From: Octopus bimaculoides | Lineage: Eukaryota | Assembly (NCBI RefSeq): GCF_001194135.2 | Contig: NC_068985.1 | Span: 113,063,443-113,127,309 of the forward strand | Direction: 5' to 3' | Length of the DNA: 63,867 bases | Part shown: positions 49,936 to 61,652 of the stretch, piece after piece | Position numbering within the stretch: position 1 is the first letter of the stretch | Layout of the letters: each line of letters begins with the position of its first letter | Notes under the pieces: generated by a model | The model's database searches: none | Told to the model about the DNA's origin: nothing | Seen by the model: only the letters and a program-made list of their open reading frames with translations | Translations under genes and position numbers: made by a program

Positions 49936-50496
49936 AAGCAAAATAGCTAGTCGTAAAATCTCATGAAGAGATCGGAGTAGTGGCTGTTCTATGTTACTCC
50001 TAGTTTAACCCCAGGCAAATTTCCGCCAGCTTGTTATCGGTGCGACGCTGCACCAATTATATACAATATATATCTTCCCAGATCGTCATAAATACACCTT
50101 CCCAGATCGTCATAAACACACCTTCCCAGATCGTCATAAACACACCTTCCCAGATCGTCATAAGCACATTGGTGCACGAGGAGCAGGCGGAGCGAACCTC
50201 TACCATCTTCTAGCAGAAACAGGATCGTGGGACTGACACAGATTCGAGCTGCTTGGATCATCCTCAGTCGTGAGTACCTGGCCGTCAGAGCGATAGCCAG
50301 GGTTCGCTCCCGTCAGCAATGTGTTGTAAATAAAGCGACCAAGGGCCACTGATTTGCAATAAGCAAAAGCAAAATAGCTAGTCGTAAAATCTCAAGAAGA
50401 AATCAGATTAGTAACTATAAGTGGCTGTTCCATGTTACTACTATTTTAACCCTAGGTAGACTGTCCGACAGCTGGCTATCGACGCGACGCTGCGCC
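49936..50496. repeat. Two diverged direct repeats of about 120-130 bp (49936-50053 and 50367-50496) enclosing a 4 x 24-bp tandem array (50074-50167)
   Basis: Both repeats start aagcaaaatagctagtcgtaaaatctca and end gcgacgctgc. The array unit is cttcccagatcgtcataaacacac. Confidence 0.88.
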
Positions 50497-50560
50497 TGAC
50501 TTTGTAGTAAGAAGTTTGCTTCCTAAACACATGGCACTTTGGATAAGTGTCTTTTACCAT

Positions 50561-50668
50561 AGCCTCAGGCTAACCAAAGCCTCAGGCTAACCAAAGCCTC
50601 AGGCTAACCAAAACCTCAGGCTAACCAAAGCCTCAGGCTAACCAAAGCCTCAGGCTAACCAAAGCCTC
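50561..50668 (+). repeat. 17-bp minisatellite (about 6.3 copies) inside a SINE family B copy
   Basis: Unit agcctcaggctaaccaa, corresponding to the SINE B segment agcctcgggccgaccaa. Confidence 0.92.
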
Positions 50669-50883
50669 GTGCTTGTGCTTGTGGAGTGGAAGCAAACTTC
50701 TTACCACACAGCCACGCCTTCACCTAATAGATTTTTACGTAACTCAGCCGTTCGTCAAAAGACAGAGTATAAGTACCAGGCTTTAAAAATAAGTATTGGG
50801 GTCGATTCCCACGACTAAAATTTCTGCAAGGTGGTGTTCCAGAATAACTGCAATATAATGAATGAAACAAGTAAAAGATAAAA

Positions 50884-51130
50884 GATGGCCTAGTGGTTAG
50901 GCTGTTGCACTCACGGCCGCGAGATCGTAATTTCAGTTCTTAGACCGGGGATGCGTTGTGTTCTTGAGCAAAATACTTAATCTCACGTTGCTTTGCAATC
51001 ACTTCGACACGTGACGCGTGATGCATATTGCGCCTAGACAGGCAACGTCGATTTGGTGGAGTGAGTGAGCTGATGTTCGGCACATTCATTTGATCACCAT
51101 AAGCAAAATCATTTGTGCAAGTCGTTCGGC
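50884..51130 (+). mobile_element. tRNA-derived SINE with family C head/core and a third tail type
   Basis: tggcctagtggttagg..gcgttgtgttcttgagcaaaatact..cacgttgct, then diverges into caatcacttcgacacgtgacg. Confidence 0.75.
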
Positions 51131-51197
51131 AAAGACTGCACACTCAAACATCGTCTCCGATAGGGGAGTCTATCATTATATATCATATATTTATATT

Positions 51198-51280
51198 GCG
51201 GAGGCGCAGGAGTGGCTGCATTGTAAGTAGCTTGCTTACCAACCACATCGTTCTGGGTTCAGTCCCACTGCAGCCCGTCG

Positions 51281-51367
<87 letters not shown>

Positions 51368-51575
51368 TTGTGTGTCTGTGTTTGTCCCCCAACATCGCTT
51401 GATAACCGATGCTGGTGTGTTTACGTCCCCGTAACTTAGCGGTTCGGCAAAAGAGACAGATAGAATAAGTACTAGGCTTACAAAGAATAAGTTCTGGGGT
51501 CGATTTACTCGACTAAAGGCGGTGTTCCAGCATGGCCACAGTCAAATGACTGAAATAAGTAAAAGAGTAAAGAGA
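51198..51575 (+). mobile_element. SINE family B with the CORE segment deleted
   Basis: The head ..gggttcagtcccactgc joins directly to agcccgtcgtatata, followed by long (TA)n(TG)n and a complete 3' half. Confidence 0.88.
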
Positions 51576-52580
51576 GTATTGCAATTTGTATATCCTGTTT
51601 AACGCCAATGAACTGAAAGAATGGCATGATACTACGGTATTCGTCTGAAGAAGGTGTCTCGTATACGCATATAGTGCTAAAAGGCACATAGGCATCAGTA
51701 ATAGATGAAAAGCGAGCAATAACAGTGTTGGAACTGCTAGATCACGTGGTTCCCACAAGATATCAGCAGGAGATATCCACCATTAGCAATTGCTTGCCCA
51801 AACCTCGCCTCTACTGATATCGAAAAACAGTGACTAAACAATCTCTAGTATTGAAAATAGCTGGCGGGATGCGTAAAAATTATATATTAACGATGTAAGA
51901 AGTATTAGTGCCAAATAATAATACAGTGGTGGGTATATATATATTTTTTGCTGCTGATGCGTCTGTGCTTTTCAGCATCCTATGTCTATTCGCGATGTTT
52001 TCTTTGGACGATCACCGCTGTATTATGACGTTCTTACCATGTCACCACGTTAAGTAGGATATACAGACGGCTATTTGGTACTAATAATTCTTCTGTCGCT
52101 GATAACTTATATATAACTGTAACACTGAAAAGAGATGTGAGATTCGTGTCTTAGATAATAAGCGTTTCGTTTACATGTTAGTAGTAAGCAACGGTTGAAT
52201 ACGTAGTTATACCATAGACTATGAATAGTGGAACCATATCCATTTGGATATAGGAGTCCGAGAGAACTACGCAGCAAAGAATCGTTTTTCATGATTGTGT
52301 ATATGTATGCGCCTATGTCAATATATACGCATATATGTATATGTGTTTGTGTGTGTGTGCATGCGCGCAAGCATGTATGCATGTATGTATGTACGTATGT
52401 ATGTAATTGGCTTACATTCAGATTGCAATGATGTGTGAAGAACTAGGAATCGAATTAGAGAGAAATATTAAGTGATCAACTACAGCAGTCACGCCATTTC
52501 AACTTTTGACATTTAAATGCCATGCTTCATCTTATCTCTTACTTCTGCATTTATAAGTCGTTCAAAGACTAAAACACACA

Positions 52581-52627
<47 letters not shown>

Positions 52628-53214
52628 TCTCCCCACTTTCTTTCTCAATCTCTCTGCCACACGAACGTATATGCGTTCTCACACATTTGAGCACACACAT
52701 TTATTCGTTCATTCATCGTACAACGTAGCAAGCAAGCAACCCCACAAAGTCTGTAACTCTCGTTTGATGCTATCTTACGCGTCTCTACAATCTAATGCTT
52801 GTAATTAACGCATTTACAACTGATATTGCCGTATCTACTACTACCAGATGTCCAGCCTGTAGGCTCAGATTGTACCTTAGAAATTCTACACTAATATTAT
52901 GATATCGATATCGATACTTTAAGAGTTTTAATGATCAACGTGTTCTCGAGCGATCATTTAAATTAGAAATAAAGGTGATAGATTTCGGATCAGAAGATCA
53001 AAGGTTGTTTAATTAGAAACGTTAATTAATATTCATTTATTATTGCGATAATCTGTTCATGGATTACCTGCTCATAGGAGGCAATTTGTATTAGTTAATA
53101 CAATAAATATTTGGTATTTCACTTTGTAACTATGTGATTTCGCGTTCAATCCCAGGGTTTAGCACCTTGAACAAACGTAGTCTATGAAAGCCCCGGCCCG
53201 ACCAATTTGCTGCG

Positions 53215-53272
53215 AGTGAATTTATTAGACAACAACTGTGTGGAAGCCCGTCGTGTATATACATATATATGC

Positions 53273-53305
<33 letters not shown>

Positions 53306-53760
53306 CATACATACATATTCTTTCTTTTATTCTTTTATTTCTTTCAGTCGTTTTGACTGCGGCCATGCTGGAGCGCCGCCTTTAGTCGAGCAAATCGACC
53401 CCAGGACTTATTCTTTGTAAGCCTAGTACTTATTCTATCGGGTCTTTTGCCGAACCGCTAAGTTACGGGGACATAAAAACGCCAGCATCGGTTGTCAAGC
53501 GATGTTGGGGGACAAACACAGACAGACACACACACACACACATATACACGACTGACTTCTTTCAGTTTCCGTTTACCAAATCTACTGACAAGGCTTTGGT
53601 CGGCCCGAGGCTATAGTAGAAGACACTTGCACAAGGTGCCACGCCGTGGGACTGAACCTGGAGCCATGTGGTTGGTAAGCAAACTAATTACCATACACCC
53701 ACTCCTACGCCTATATATACATATATATAATAGATACACACATATATATATACACATACA

Positions 53761-53792
<32 letters not shown>

Positions 53793-54040
53793 CACATCTG
53801 TAAGTATATATATTTGTGTCTGTATGTATTTGTCGCCTACTACAACCACCACCGCTTGACAACCAGCATTGGTTTGTTTCCGTAGCCCATAACCAGTGGC
53901 GCGACAAAAGATTCCTACACAGTAAGTACCAGACTTAGAAAATAAATAAATAAATTCTGGGAGTCGATTTGTTTCACCAAAACCCTTCCTGGCGATGCCC
54001 CAGCAAGGCCGCAGCCAATGAATGAAACACATAAAAGCTA
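53215..54040. mobile_element. Three SINE family B copies: plus fragment, full minus copy (53325-53710), plus 3' half (53800-54040)
   Basis: The shared blocks gccgaaccgctaagttacgggg and gagtcgatttg occur in opposite orientations. Confidence 0.88.
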
Positions 54041-54884
54041 AAACAAAAGTAAGCTATTCTGACATATATATTTGTGATTCTTCTATTCTCCTTAACTTAA
54101 ATATTATGATTTTCAGAAAGACAACTGAATGTTGCTTTGTCAAGGTATACTACATGTGTAGTGAAATTTCGGGAGGAAAACGCCATTACTAAAATTGTAT
54201 ATACCGTGGTTTTCTGGAACGTGCAGTAAGCCTATCCATACGTGAACCACACAAAGTAAAAACCCTCAAAGTACCTACAAATGTTAAATACTTTATTCTC
54301 TTACTATCTTTCAGAGCGATTTCAAATATATAATATTGCCAAAACTGCATCAAAAAGGCTGTTTCTTTTTCAGATCAAGTGATGAATATTTCCTGACCAT
54401 TTCTAAAATTCATGTTGGACGCACATTGTTGTTCTGTTCAAAAGTTAAAGTGTACGTTGCTAAATATATAAACATTAATCATTACTTCTCATCCGATAGA
54501 AAAAACTTCACTCATCAATACACTGCGACCAATGTCTTTTTTTTTCTTCTCTGGTCTGTTTCTTCTATTATAGTGACTCCCTGTTCATTTCATCGTACTC
54601 AAGATTGGCCTAGTGCCTATAGCAAAAATGAATATTCACTCAAGTTTATTTGATCCATTCACTCAACATAGAAGTCTCATGAACCAACAAGGGAACCAAC
54701 ATGGTCGCTTGGCGTGTTAGAGATAGCGAATAAGTATTCCTACATTACATTCTATCATTATAAATAAGGAAGGGAAAATTGCGGATAGAGATATGCAAGT
54801 ATGCGTAATGGTAACCGCCAATATGCCTTTGATCATAAATCTGCTTGATCAGAGCTGACAAAGTACTAAATAACAACAACAATA

Positions 54885-55110
54885 ACAACAGTCCTTTCTC
54901 TTATAGGCACAAAGTGTGAAATTTGGTGGGGAGGGCCAATCGTTTAGATCTAAACCATTGCTCAACAGGTACTTATTTTATCATCTGCGAAACGATGAAA
55001 AGCAAAGTCAACCTCGGTTGCATTTCAAGTCAGAATGTGAAAAGCTGGGAGAAATACCGCTACGTATTTTGTTCGGCGAGGTAACGATTTGAGTCTTCCA
55101 GTTTGCCGTC
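54885..55110 (-). mobile_element. Decayed SINE family A variant
   Basis: ctcttataggcacaaag..ggtacttatttta..gatgaaaagcaaagtcaacctcgg..gaaataccgcta. Confidence 0.75.
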
Positions 55111-55544
55111 TTCGGCAACAGCAATGATAAGAACATAGATCCTATCTGTTGCATCGACACTCCAAACTCAGCATTAAGCACTTTTTCCTACCCTACCCCG
55201 GCAAAAGCTGCCGGCCTCTGACATCAATCTACAAAAACTTCTGATTAAATACCAAATGCATTGACTTCACTTAGTCTACGAGGGCATGTGAAGGGTATGG
55301 CTAATTAATCTTGTACTTCCATTAATTAAGTAAATAGCAGAAACAATTTACTCGCTAGTCAATATTATAGATTCACATTTCTCTTTATTTCACCTCCCAA
55401 GTATTCCCCACCTCAATTGAAAATCATCTACATTATCTGCGCTCAAATATCACCAATAGCTTATTGAAGTTTGACACTTCAGTCAGCCATATCAATTTTA
55501 AAGTATCTCCAGGAACCTTGCTATAACTGAATCAACTCCGTGTT

Positions 55545-55670
55545 CATCAGAAAGATCTGGAATGATGCATGTAGGGTTGCTAATGAGAATTTTGAAAGCT
55601 GTAGGTTGTAAATGAGTGTTTGAGAAAAGGTGGTTTTGCTAATGAAAATCTGGGAAGATGTGTTACTGAC
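55545..55670 (+). repeat. Degenerate tandem repeat of about 30 bp (GATCTGGGAAG family)
   Basis: gttgctaatgagaattttgaaag; ttttgctaatgaaaatctgggaagatgtgttact. Confidence 0.7.
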
Positions 55671-56145
55671 ACGAGCTTCACGTCTCGTTTTGTCCCTGGG
55701 TTCCAATACGCTATCTTGGCTTTTATATTATTGCCATGATAATTTTTCACTATATCATATGTGAGGCAAAGGTCACATAGTGCTTTTTACAAACGGCACA
55801 CAGGTGGATCATTTGGAACCTAGTTCATATTACAAACTAAACTCACCGGTGGGTCACATTGCAATTCTTGGATATTTTCTACTGGCGTAAGTATGTCTAT
55901 TTTCTCCAAATCTCTTTTTTTTTTTTTAATATCTTTGTTTCCATGCTAAATAAAATGTTTATCGTTCCCATCTGTTTTGCTAATCATATTTTCTCTTTAC
56001 TCAATATTTTTAATATACTTCCATTTTATAGTAAAATTTGGCATGATATAAATATGAAACTTAAGAAAAAAAAACTAAAGAATTGTCCTAATAATAACAT
56101 ACTTAAGGCTTCCAATAGGCTCATTGAAAATAAATAATGAGACAA

Positions 56146-56545
56146 CTCTCGTGCACCAACGTGTTTATGAAGATCTGGGAAGGTGTGCTGCTAAAAGGTA
56201 TCTAGAAATATGTAGTATTGTAGTATTGCTTATGAGGATCTTGAAGATGTGGTGTTGCTAATAAGAATATGGGAAGAAGGTGGGCGAGGGTTGCTAGTGA
56301 GAATCTGGAAAGATATACTGTTGCTAATATGGATAGTGTTAGTAACGAAGATTTGGGTAGATGTAGTGTTGCTGATGAGAATCTGAGATGTAGTGCTGCT
56401 AATGAGGATCTAGGAGCATGCATTGTTGTTAAGGAAGATCTGGAGAGATGGAGTGTTGCTAACGAGGATTTTGAAAGATGTTTTGCTAATAAGTATTCGG
56501 CAAGAAGTAATGTTAGATTTAAGGAACATGCTACTCTACTATTGA
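56146..56545 (+). repeat. Degenerate tandem repeat of about 30 bp, about 12 units (consensus gtgttgctaatgaggatctgggaagatgta)
   Basis: The periodicity is visible in DNA and in the + ORF (VANEDLGRCS-like decapeptides). Confidence 0.88.
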
Positions 56546-56849
56546 TAGATACTAATGGAGAAAGCAGGTTTCTTACTCTGTGAGTCCCCCACCACCGCGA
56601 CCACCTTGGAAACGGAAGGGAACATAGAAGAAGAGTCTGTAAGCAAGCAAGCAGGAACTTTTCCTGACATACTATACCTAAGTCTTCATTATCCACTGTT
56701 TTTATTCGGTTTTGACAATATAGGGTGAAATTTGAAGGATGATGTGGTTGGTATTTTAGAGATGCAAACTCGTTTGCATTCATACCGTGGAATTGTTGGA
56801 CAATCAGGTCATCTTTTCCTGGCTGCCCAATTTATGTTAACCCATTCAA

Positions 56850-56985
56850 ATGTCGATTACCGAAACTCTTTGACGCCTGTTATTCTGTTTAGCGCTGAAG
56901 ACTCCCAGTCACTTGTTTCAAGTTTGCATTGAGTCAGAAAATCTTTCACACAGTCCTTAAATCGCAATTTTGGCTCATCCATGCA
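56850..56985 (-). mobile_element. RTE/BovB-like LINE ORF C-terminal relic
   Basis: PKLRFKDCVKDFLTQCKLETSDWESSALNR matches the RTE motif GRPKLRFKD.LK..LK.C.I....WE..A.DR. Confidence 0.6.
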
Positions 56986-57022
56986 TAGACACAAACGCAC
57001 GCACACACACACACACACACAC

Positions 57023-57250
57023 GGCGGCGAGCTGGCAGAAACGTTAGCACGCCGGGCGAAATGCTTAGCGGTATTTCGTCTGCCGCTACGTTCTGAGTTC
57101 AAATTCCGCCGAGGTTGACTTTGCCTTTCATCCTTTCGGGGTCGATTAAATAAGTACCAGTTACGCACTGGGGTCGATATAATCGACTTAATCCGTGTTT
57201 GTCTGTCCTTGTTTGTCCCCTCTGTGTGTAGCCCCTTGTGGGTAGTAAAG

Positions 57251-57256
<6 letters not shown>
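57023..57256 (+). mobile_element. SINE family A, full length, inside a (CA)n tract (reference copy)
   Basis: ggcggcgagctggcagaaacgttagcacg..gagttcaaattcc (B-box-like)..gactttgcctttcatcctttcggggtcgat..aagtaccag..gccccttgtgggtagtaaagaaataa, with (CA)n on both sides. The central block resembles the MetaSINE-type domain as I recall it. Confidence 0.93.
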
Positions 57257-57320
<64 letters not shown>

Positions 57321-57804
57321 AACGCGCTCCCGTGCGCCCGCGCAGTCATACCGACACTAGCATGCTTTGTGCATAAAGAGAAACAATTCTCAGTATTGCC
57401 ATGTATTGAGTGAGTCCTTGGAATCCTCTACATTTCACTAATCACATACATATCCCACACACACAAACACATACACGTGCATACGCGTGCACATATATAC
57501 TCCCATGTATGCATACATATATACTTACACACATACGGACTCATACACACATACATAAACACGCGCGCACATGCATACAAGCATACGCTCATACACACAC
57601 GTATACTCCCATGCATGCGTACTTATACACATATACACACACGCACACCCACACATATACACACACGTGCGCACGCTTATGTTTGTTTGTATGCGTGTCT
57701 GTGTGTCAGCGTACATTTTTTTTTCACCTCTAATCAAGTAGTTTTGTTTGAATAGCTTTTGATTCTATGCCCATTTTTCCTTATCTTTACTCTGCATCAT
57801 CCGC

Positions 57805-57809
57805 ATGAA

Positions 57810-57841
<32 letters not shown>

Positions 57842-57867
57842 ACATCATCATCGCCACCACCATCAAC

Positions 57868-57910
<43 letters not shown>

Positions 57911-58029
57911 CCTTGATCAGCATCATTATCATCCTCATCATCCTCATCATCCTCATCATCCTCATCATCCTCATCATCATCATCATCATCATCATCATCA
58001 GTAGTAGTAGTAGTAGTAGTAGTAGTACT

Positions 58030-58075
<46 letters not shown>

Positions 58076-58125
58076 GTAGTAGTAGTNNNNNNNNNNNNNN
58101 NNNNNNNNNNNNNNNNNNNNNNNNN

Positions 58126-58196
<71 letters not shown>

Positions 58197-58270
58197 ACAA
58201 CAACAACAACAACAATATAAGCAAGACGAAGAAAAACAGAGTACAGCAACTGCAACAACAACAGCAAATA
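57805..58270. repeat. Compound trinucleotide microsatellites (CAT, AGT, ATT, CAG, CAA)
   Basis: Direct reading. Confidence 0.92.
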
Positions 58271-58495
58271 AATCCTCACAGATACATACAATAGTAGTAG
58301 CATTTAATATGTAAACTACAGAAATATTGAATTTGAAATGATTTTTCTTTTCTTCCTATTACATACATACATACATACATACACACACACATACATACAT
58401 GCACACGTACATACACACATACTTAAATACATACATACATAAATACATACATACATACATACATAAATACACACATACATACATACATACATAAA

Positions 58496-58527
<32 letters not shown>

Positions 58528-58974
58528 AACAGACAGACAGACAGAGAGAGACACACACATATATATAATATATATATATACATATATACATATTCGTTTT
58601 TAGCAACTACTGCAACAAAACCGCAACCACCACCATCACAACAACCGCAATAGCATTAACAGCTATTTGCAACAAAAGCATTATTGTTGTTTGGTATGTT
58701 GTTGTTACAGTTTCGTTCGGTTCTTCTTTTATTTTCTGATAATGCGGTTTTCTGATCTCTAATGTGGCGTATGTTAACCTTAGGACTTCTAATTTAAAAC
58801 ATTTGTTTGTGTTTTTTTTGTTTGGTTGTTAGTTTTGTAGCAGAGGAAGGCGTGTTTTAAGTCAGATTAATCTGGTTGAGCCACAACAAAGAAAGTTTGC
58901 CCAGAAGCCCTGAAGAGCAATGGCTTCCCTATTCAGAGACAAAAATCAACAGTTTTTACGTGATGAAGGGAACT

Positions 58975-59130
58975 GGTCGATACCATTGATACTACTTTAC
59001 TGGTACTTTATTTTTATCGTACCCGGGATGATGAAAACCAGTGGAAGCCAATGTTGTCCTCACCAGGATTTAAACTGCTGGGGGTGTACGCTATCGGAAG
59101 AAAAACCGCAAATTCAAGACTCCAGAGAGT
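58975..59130 (-). mobile_element. Highly decayed SINE family A variant
   Basis: actggtactttatttttatcgtacccgggatgatgaaa..gaaaaaccgcaaa. Confidence 0.5.
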
Positions 59131-59934
59131 AACAACAACAACAACAACGTCAGAAACAATTGCAACAGTAGCAAAAACACGGAGCTCGGTCTACAATAAA
59201 CAGCAGGCAATTCTCCCTCAAGTGTAACCTATCATATATATGAGTGTATGTGTGTGTGCGCACGCGCGTATATATATATATATATATATATATNNNNNNN
59301 NNNNNNNNNNNNNNNNNNNNNNNNNNNNNNNNNNNNNNNNNNNNNNNNNNNNNNNNNNNNNNNNNNNNNNNNNNNNNNNNNNNNNNNNNNNNNNNNNNNN
59401 NNNNNNNNNNNNNNNNNNNNNNNNNNNNNNNNNNNNNNNNNNNNNNNNNNNNNNNNNNNNNNNNNNNNNNNNNNNNNNNNNNNNNNNNNNNNNNNNNNNN
59501 NNNNNNNNNNNNNNNNNNNNNNNNNNNNNNNNNNNNNNNNNNNNNNNNNNNNNNNNNNNNNNNNNNNNNNNNNNNNNNNNNNNNNNNNNNNNNNNNNNNN
59601 NNNNNNNNNNNNNNNNNNNNNNNNNNNNNNNNNNNNNNNNNNNNNNNNNNNNNNNNNNNNNNNNNNNNNNNNNNNNNNNNNNNNNNNNNNNNNNNNNNNN
59701 NNNNNNNNNNNNNNNNNNNNNNNNNNNNNNNNNNNNNNNNNNNNNNNNNNNNNNNNNNNNNNNNNNNNNNNNNNNNNNNNNNNNNNNNNNNNNNNNNNNN
59801 NNNNNNNNNNNNNNNNNNNNNNNNNNNNNNNNNNNNNNNNNNNNNNNNNNNNNNNNNNNNNNNNNNNNNNNNNNNNNNNNNNNNNNNNNNNNNNNNNNNN
59901 NNNNNNNNNNNNNNNNNNNNNNNNNNNNNNNNNN

Positions 59935-59983
<49 letters not shown>

Positions 59984-61254
59984 ATTAATGAGGATTTATC
60001 AATCCGGTTAAAATATTTTGCTTGTAGACGAAATACATGGCTATCTTGCATTATATTCTAACATATCGTAAATGTTTAACGCATAACATAAAAACGAAAG
60101 GAAAACTACAAAACAAAAGTAAATATAACGCTATATGTAAGTTTGAAATGGCTATACTGACTGTCACAACGGAATTCTTTGAGTTTCAGCACTATCTCAG
60201 ATCTAATTTCTTGCCAAATTAGTACAACTCCAAAATGTGACCGTTTTACAAATTGTTCAACAGATCAAGTTTATATTTTATTGCATTTTATGTGGCTGCC
60301 ATATGTCTAGTTAGCTTAATTTTTCTCTATTTCATCTTATTTCTTTCTGCATTATTCGTTTTCCTATTTCCTATAGAAATTTGATATATCAATAGGAGCC
60401 TCGTTCTGAATAGCGCGTTCTCTGTTCAAAGCACAAATGTCTCGAGCCGCTTTGACAGCTTTTGAACTTTGATTGAAAGCAAAGAGAGTCAGGTGTCAAA
60501 AATAGTAATTTTCTTTTTCTTTTACTTGACATGCTATCGTAATATGTCTGAAAGGAAGTAAAATTTATTCAATTTCAACAACGATAAACAAAGTTGTTTA
60601 TTGAAGAATAGAAAATAAAATAAAATAAAATAAAAGAAACTCTTGGATAGAATACTTTCCGTGTTTAATTCAAATAACACTGGGTGGTGGGGAACGAACG
60701 AATTTATCTGACAGCAGAATAGTGTAATTGGGAATAGGATCGTTAAACTAGGAGGTAGAGCTGGGGTTGAAAACTGATGAATGCGTTTTGGAACACAACA
60801 CCTAACCAGAGAAATAGTGAATGGAAACTTGCTACGTAGCGGGCAGACAACAGGAGAAATATTCAGAAGAACTATCAATCAAGCAAATGTTTCGGCCCGT
60901 TAGATCCAGACGCTTTAAGGAGGCCGGCCCAGTTAGGTCATGATTTCTAGATGTACCCCCTGTTGTTTTTAAAATGCCACCTTTAGTGGGATTGCAGTTG
61001 GAACCTTTGAGTGACCTTATTTCCTCGAACTGTGATGGGTATCACTCAGCCACGAAAACCACTGTCCTTTCTGCTATATTTAGCGACTTGCAGTATTCTT
61101 TTCCAGCTCTAGCTACCATTGCTCTTTGCCCGTAGCTACAATGATCAAGAGAACTGTCTCTGACAAGCTTTTAATCGTCGCTGTTTCACCTTTATGGATA
61201 GGGCATATTATGCATTTCTTAACAATCTGGAAAGTCTACCACTTGCAAGAAAGC

Positions 61255-61587
61255 TTTGGAAGTCTTTGCTTTTAATGACTGCTGCACGTGACGGTGGCTT
61301 TGAACTGGTTGATCACATGAGGAAACAGATGATTGTCAGTTGGGGACCAGATCAAGAAAATAAGCTGGGAACTAGAATCGCAGTGATGATGACTCATGTC
61401 TGCTGATGGTGACTTTTTTGATCAACAGAGTGAAAGCTTCTTCGCCAGTGAGAACTAAGTACCACTGCAACACTGATTGAAGAAGTGTGTGGACCGCAAT
61501 AGGAATTATGTTGAAAAATAAACCTCTTTTGGTGACATTTCATGAGAGTACTTTGGTCAGTTTACGAGCTATTCATCTGACCCACGT
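61255..61587 (+). mobile_element. Mariner (irritans/Hsmar2-like) C-terminal relic with right end
   Basis: KSLLLMTAARDGGFELVDH, with the PPYSPDLAPSD block deleted, then MRK..DD.MSA.GDFFDQQSESFF..LQH*LKKCVDRNRNYVEK*. A short terminal region ends tctgacccacg. Confidence 0.7.
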
Positions 61588-61606
61588 GTGTGTGTGTGTG
61601 TGTGTG

Positions 61607-61652
<46 letters not shown>

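Noticed and set aside
50074-50167. 24-bp repeats as a CRISPR array
   Set aside because: The units are contiguous with no spacers, the context is eukaryotic, and there are no cas genes.
54117-54144. 28-nt micro-exon-like segment (tttcag..aag|gtatac)
   Set aside because: Such AG/GT pairs arise by chance in 64 kb, and there is no other support.
55277-55520. TACGAGGG start resembling an irritans-type mariner TIR
   Set aside because: No matching inverted end was found nearby and there is no transposase motif.
57759-58004. Poly-His / poly-Asp ORFs
   Set aside because: A (CAT)n microsatellite complex merging into other trinucleotide runs, with no unique coding flank or splice sites.
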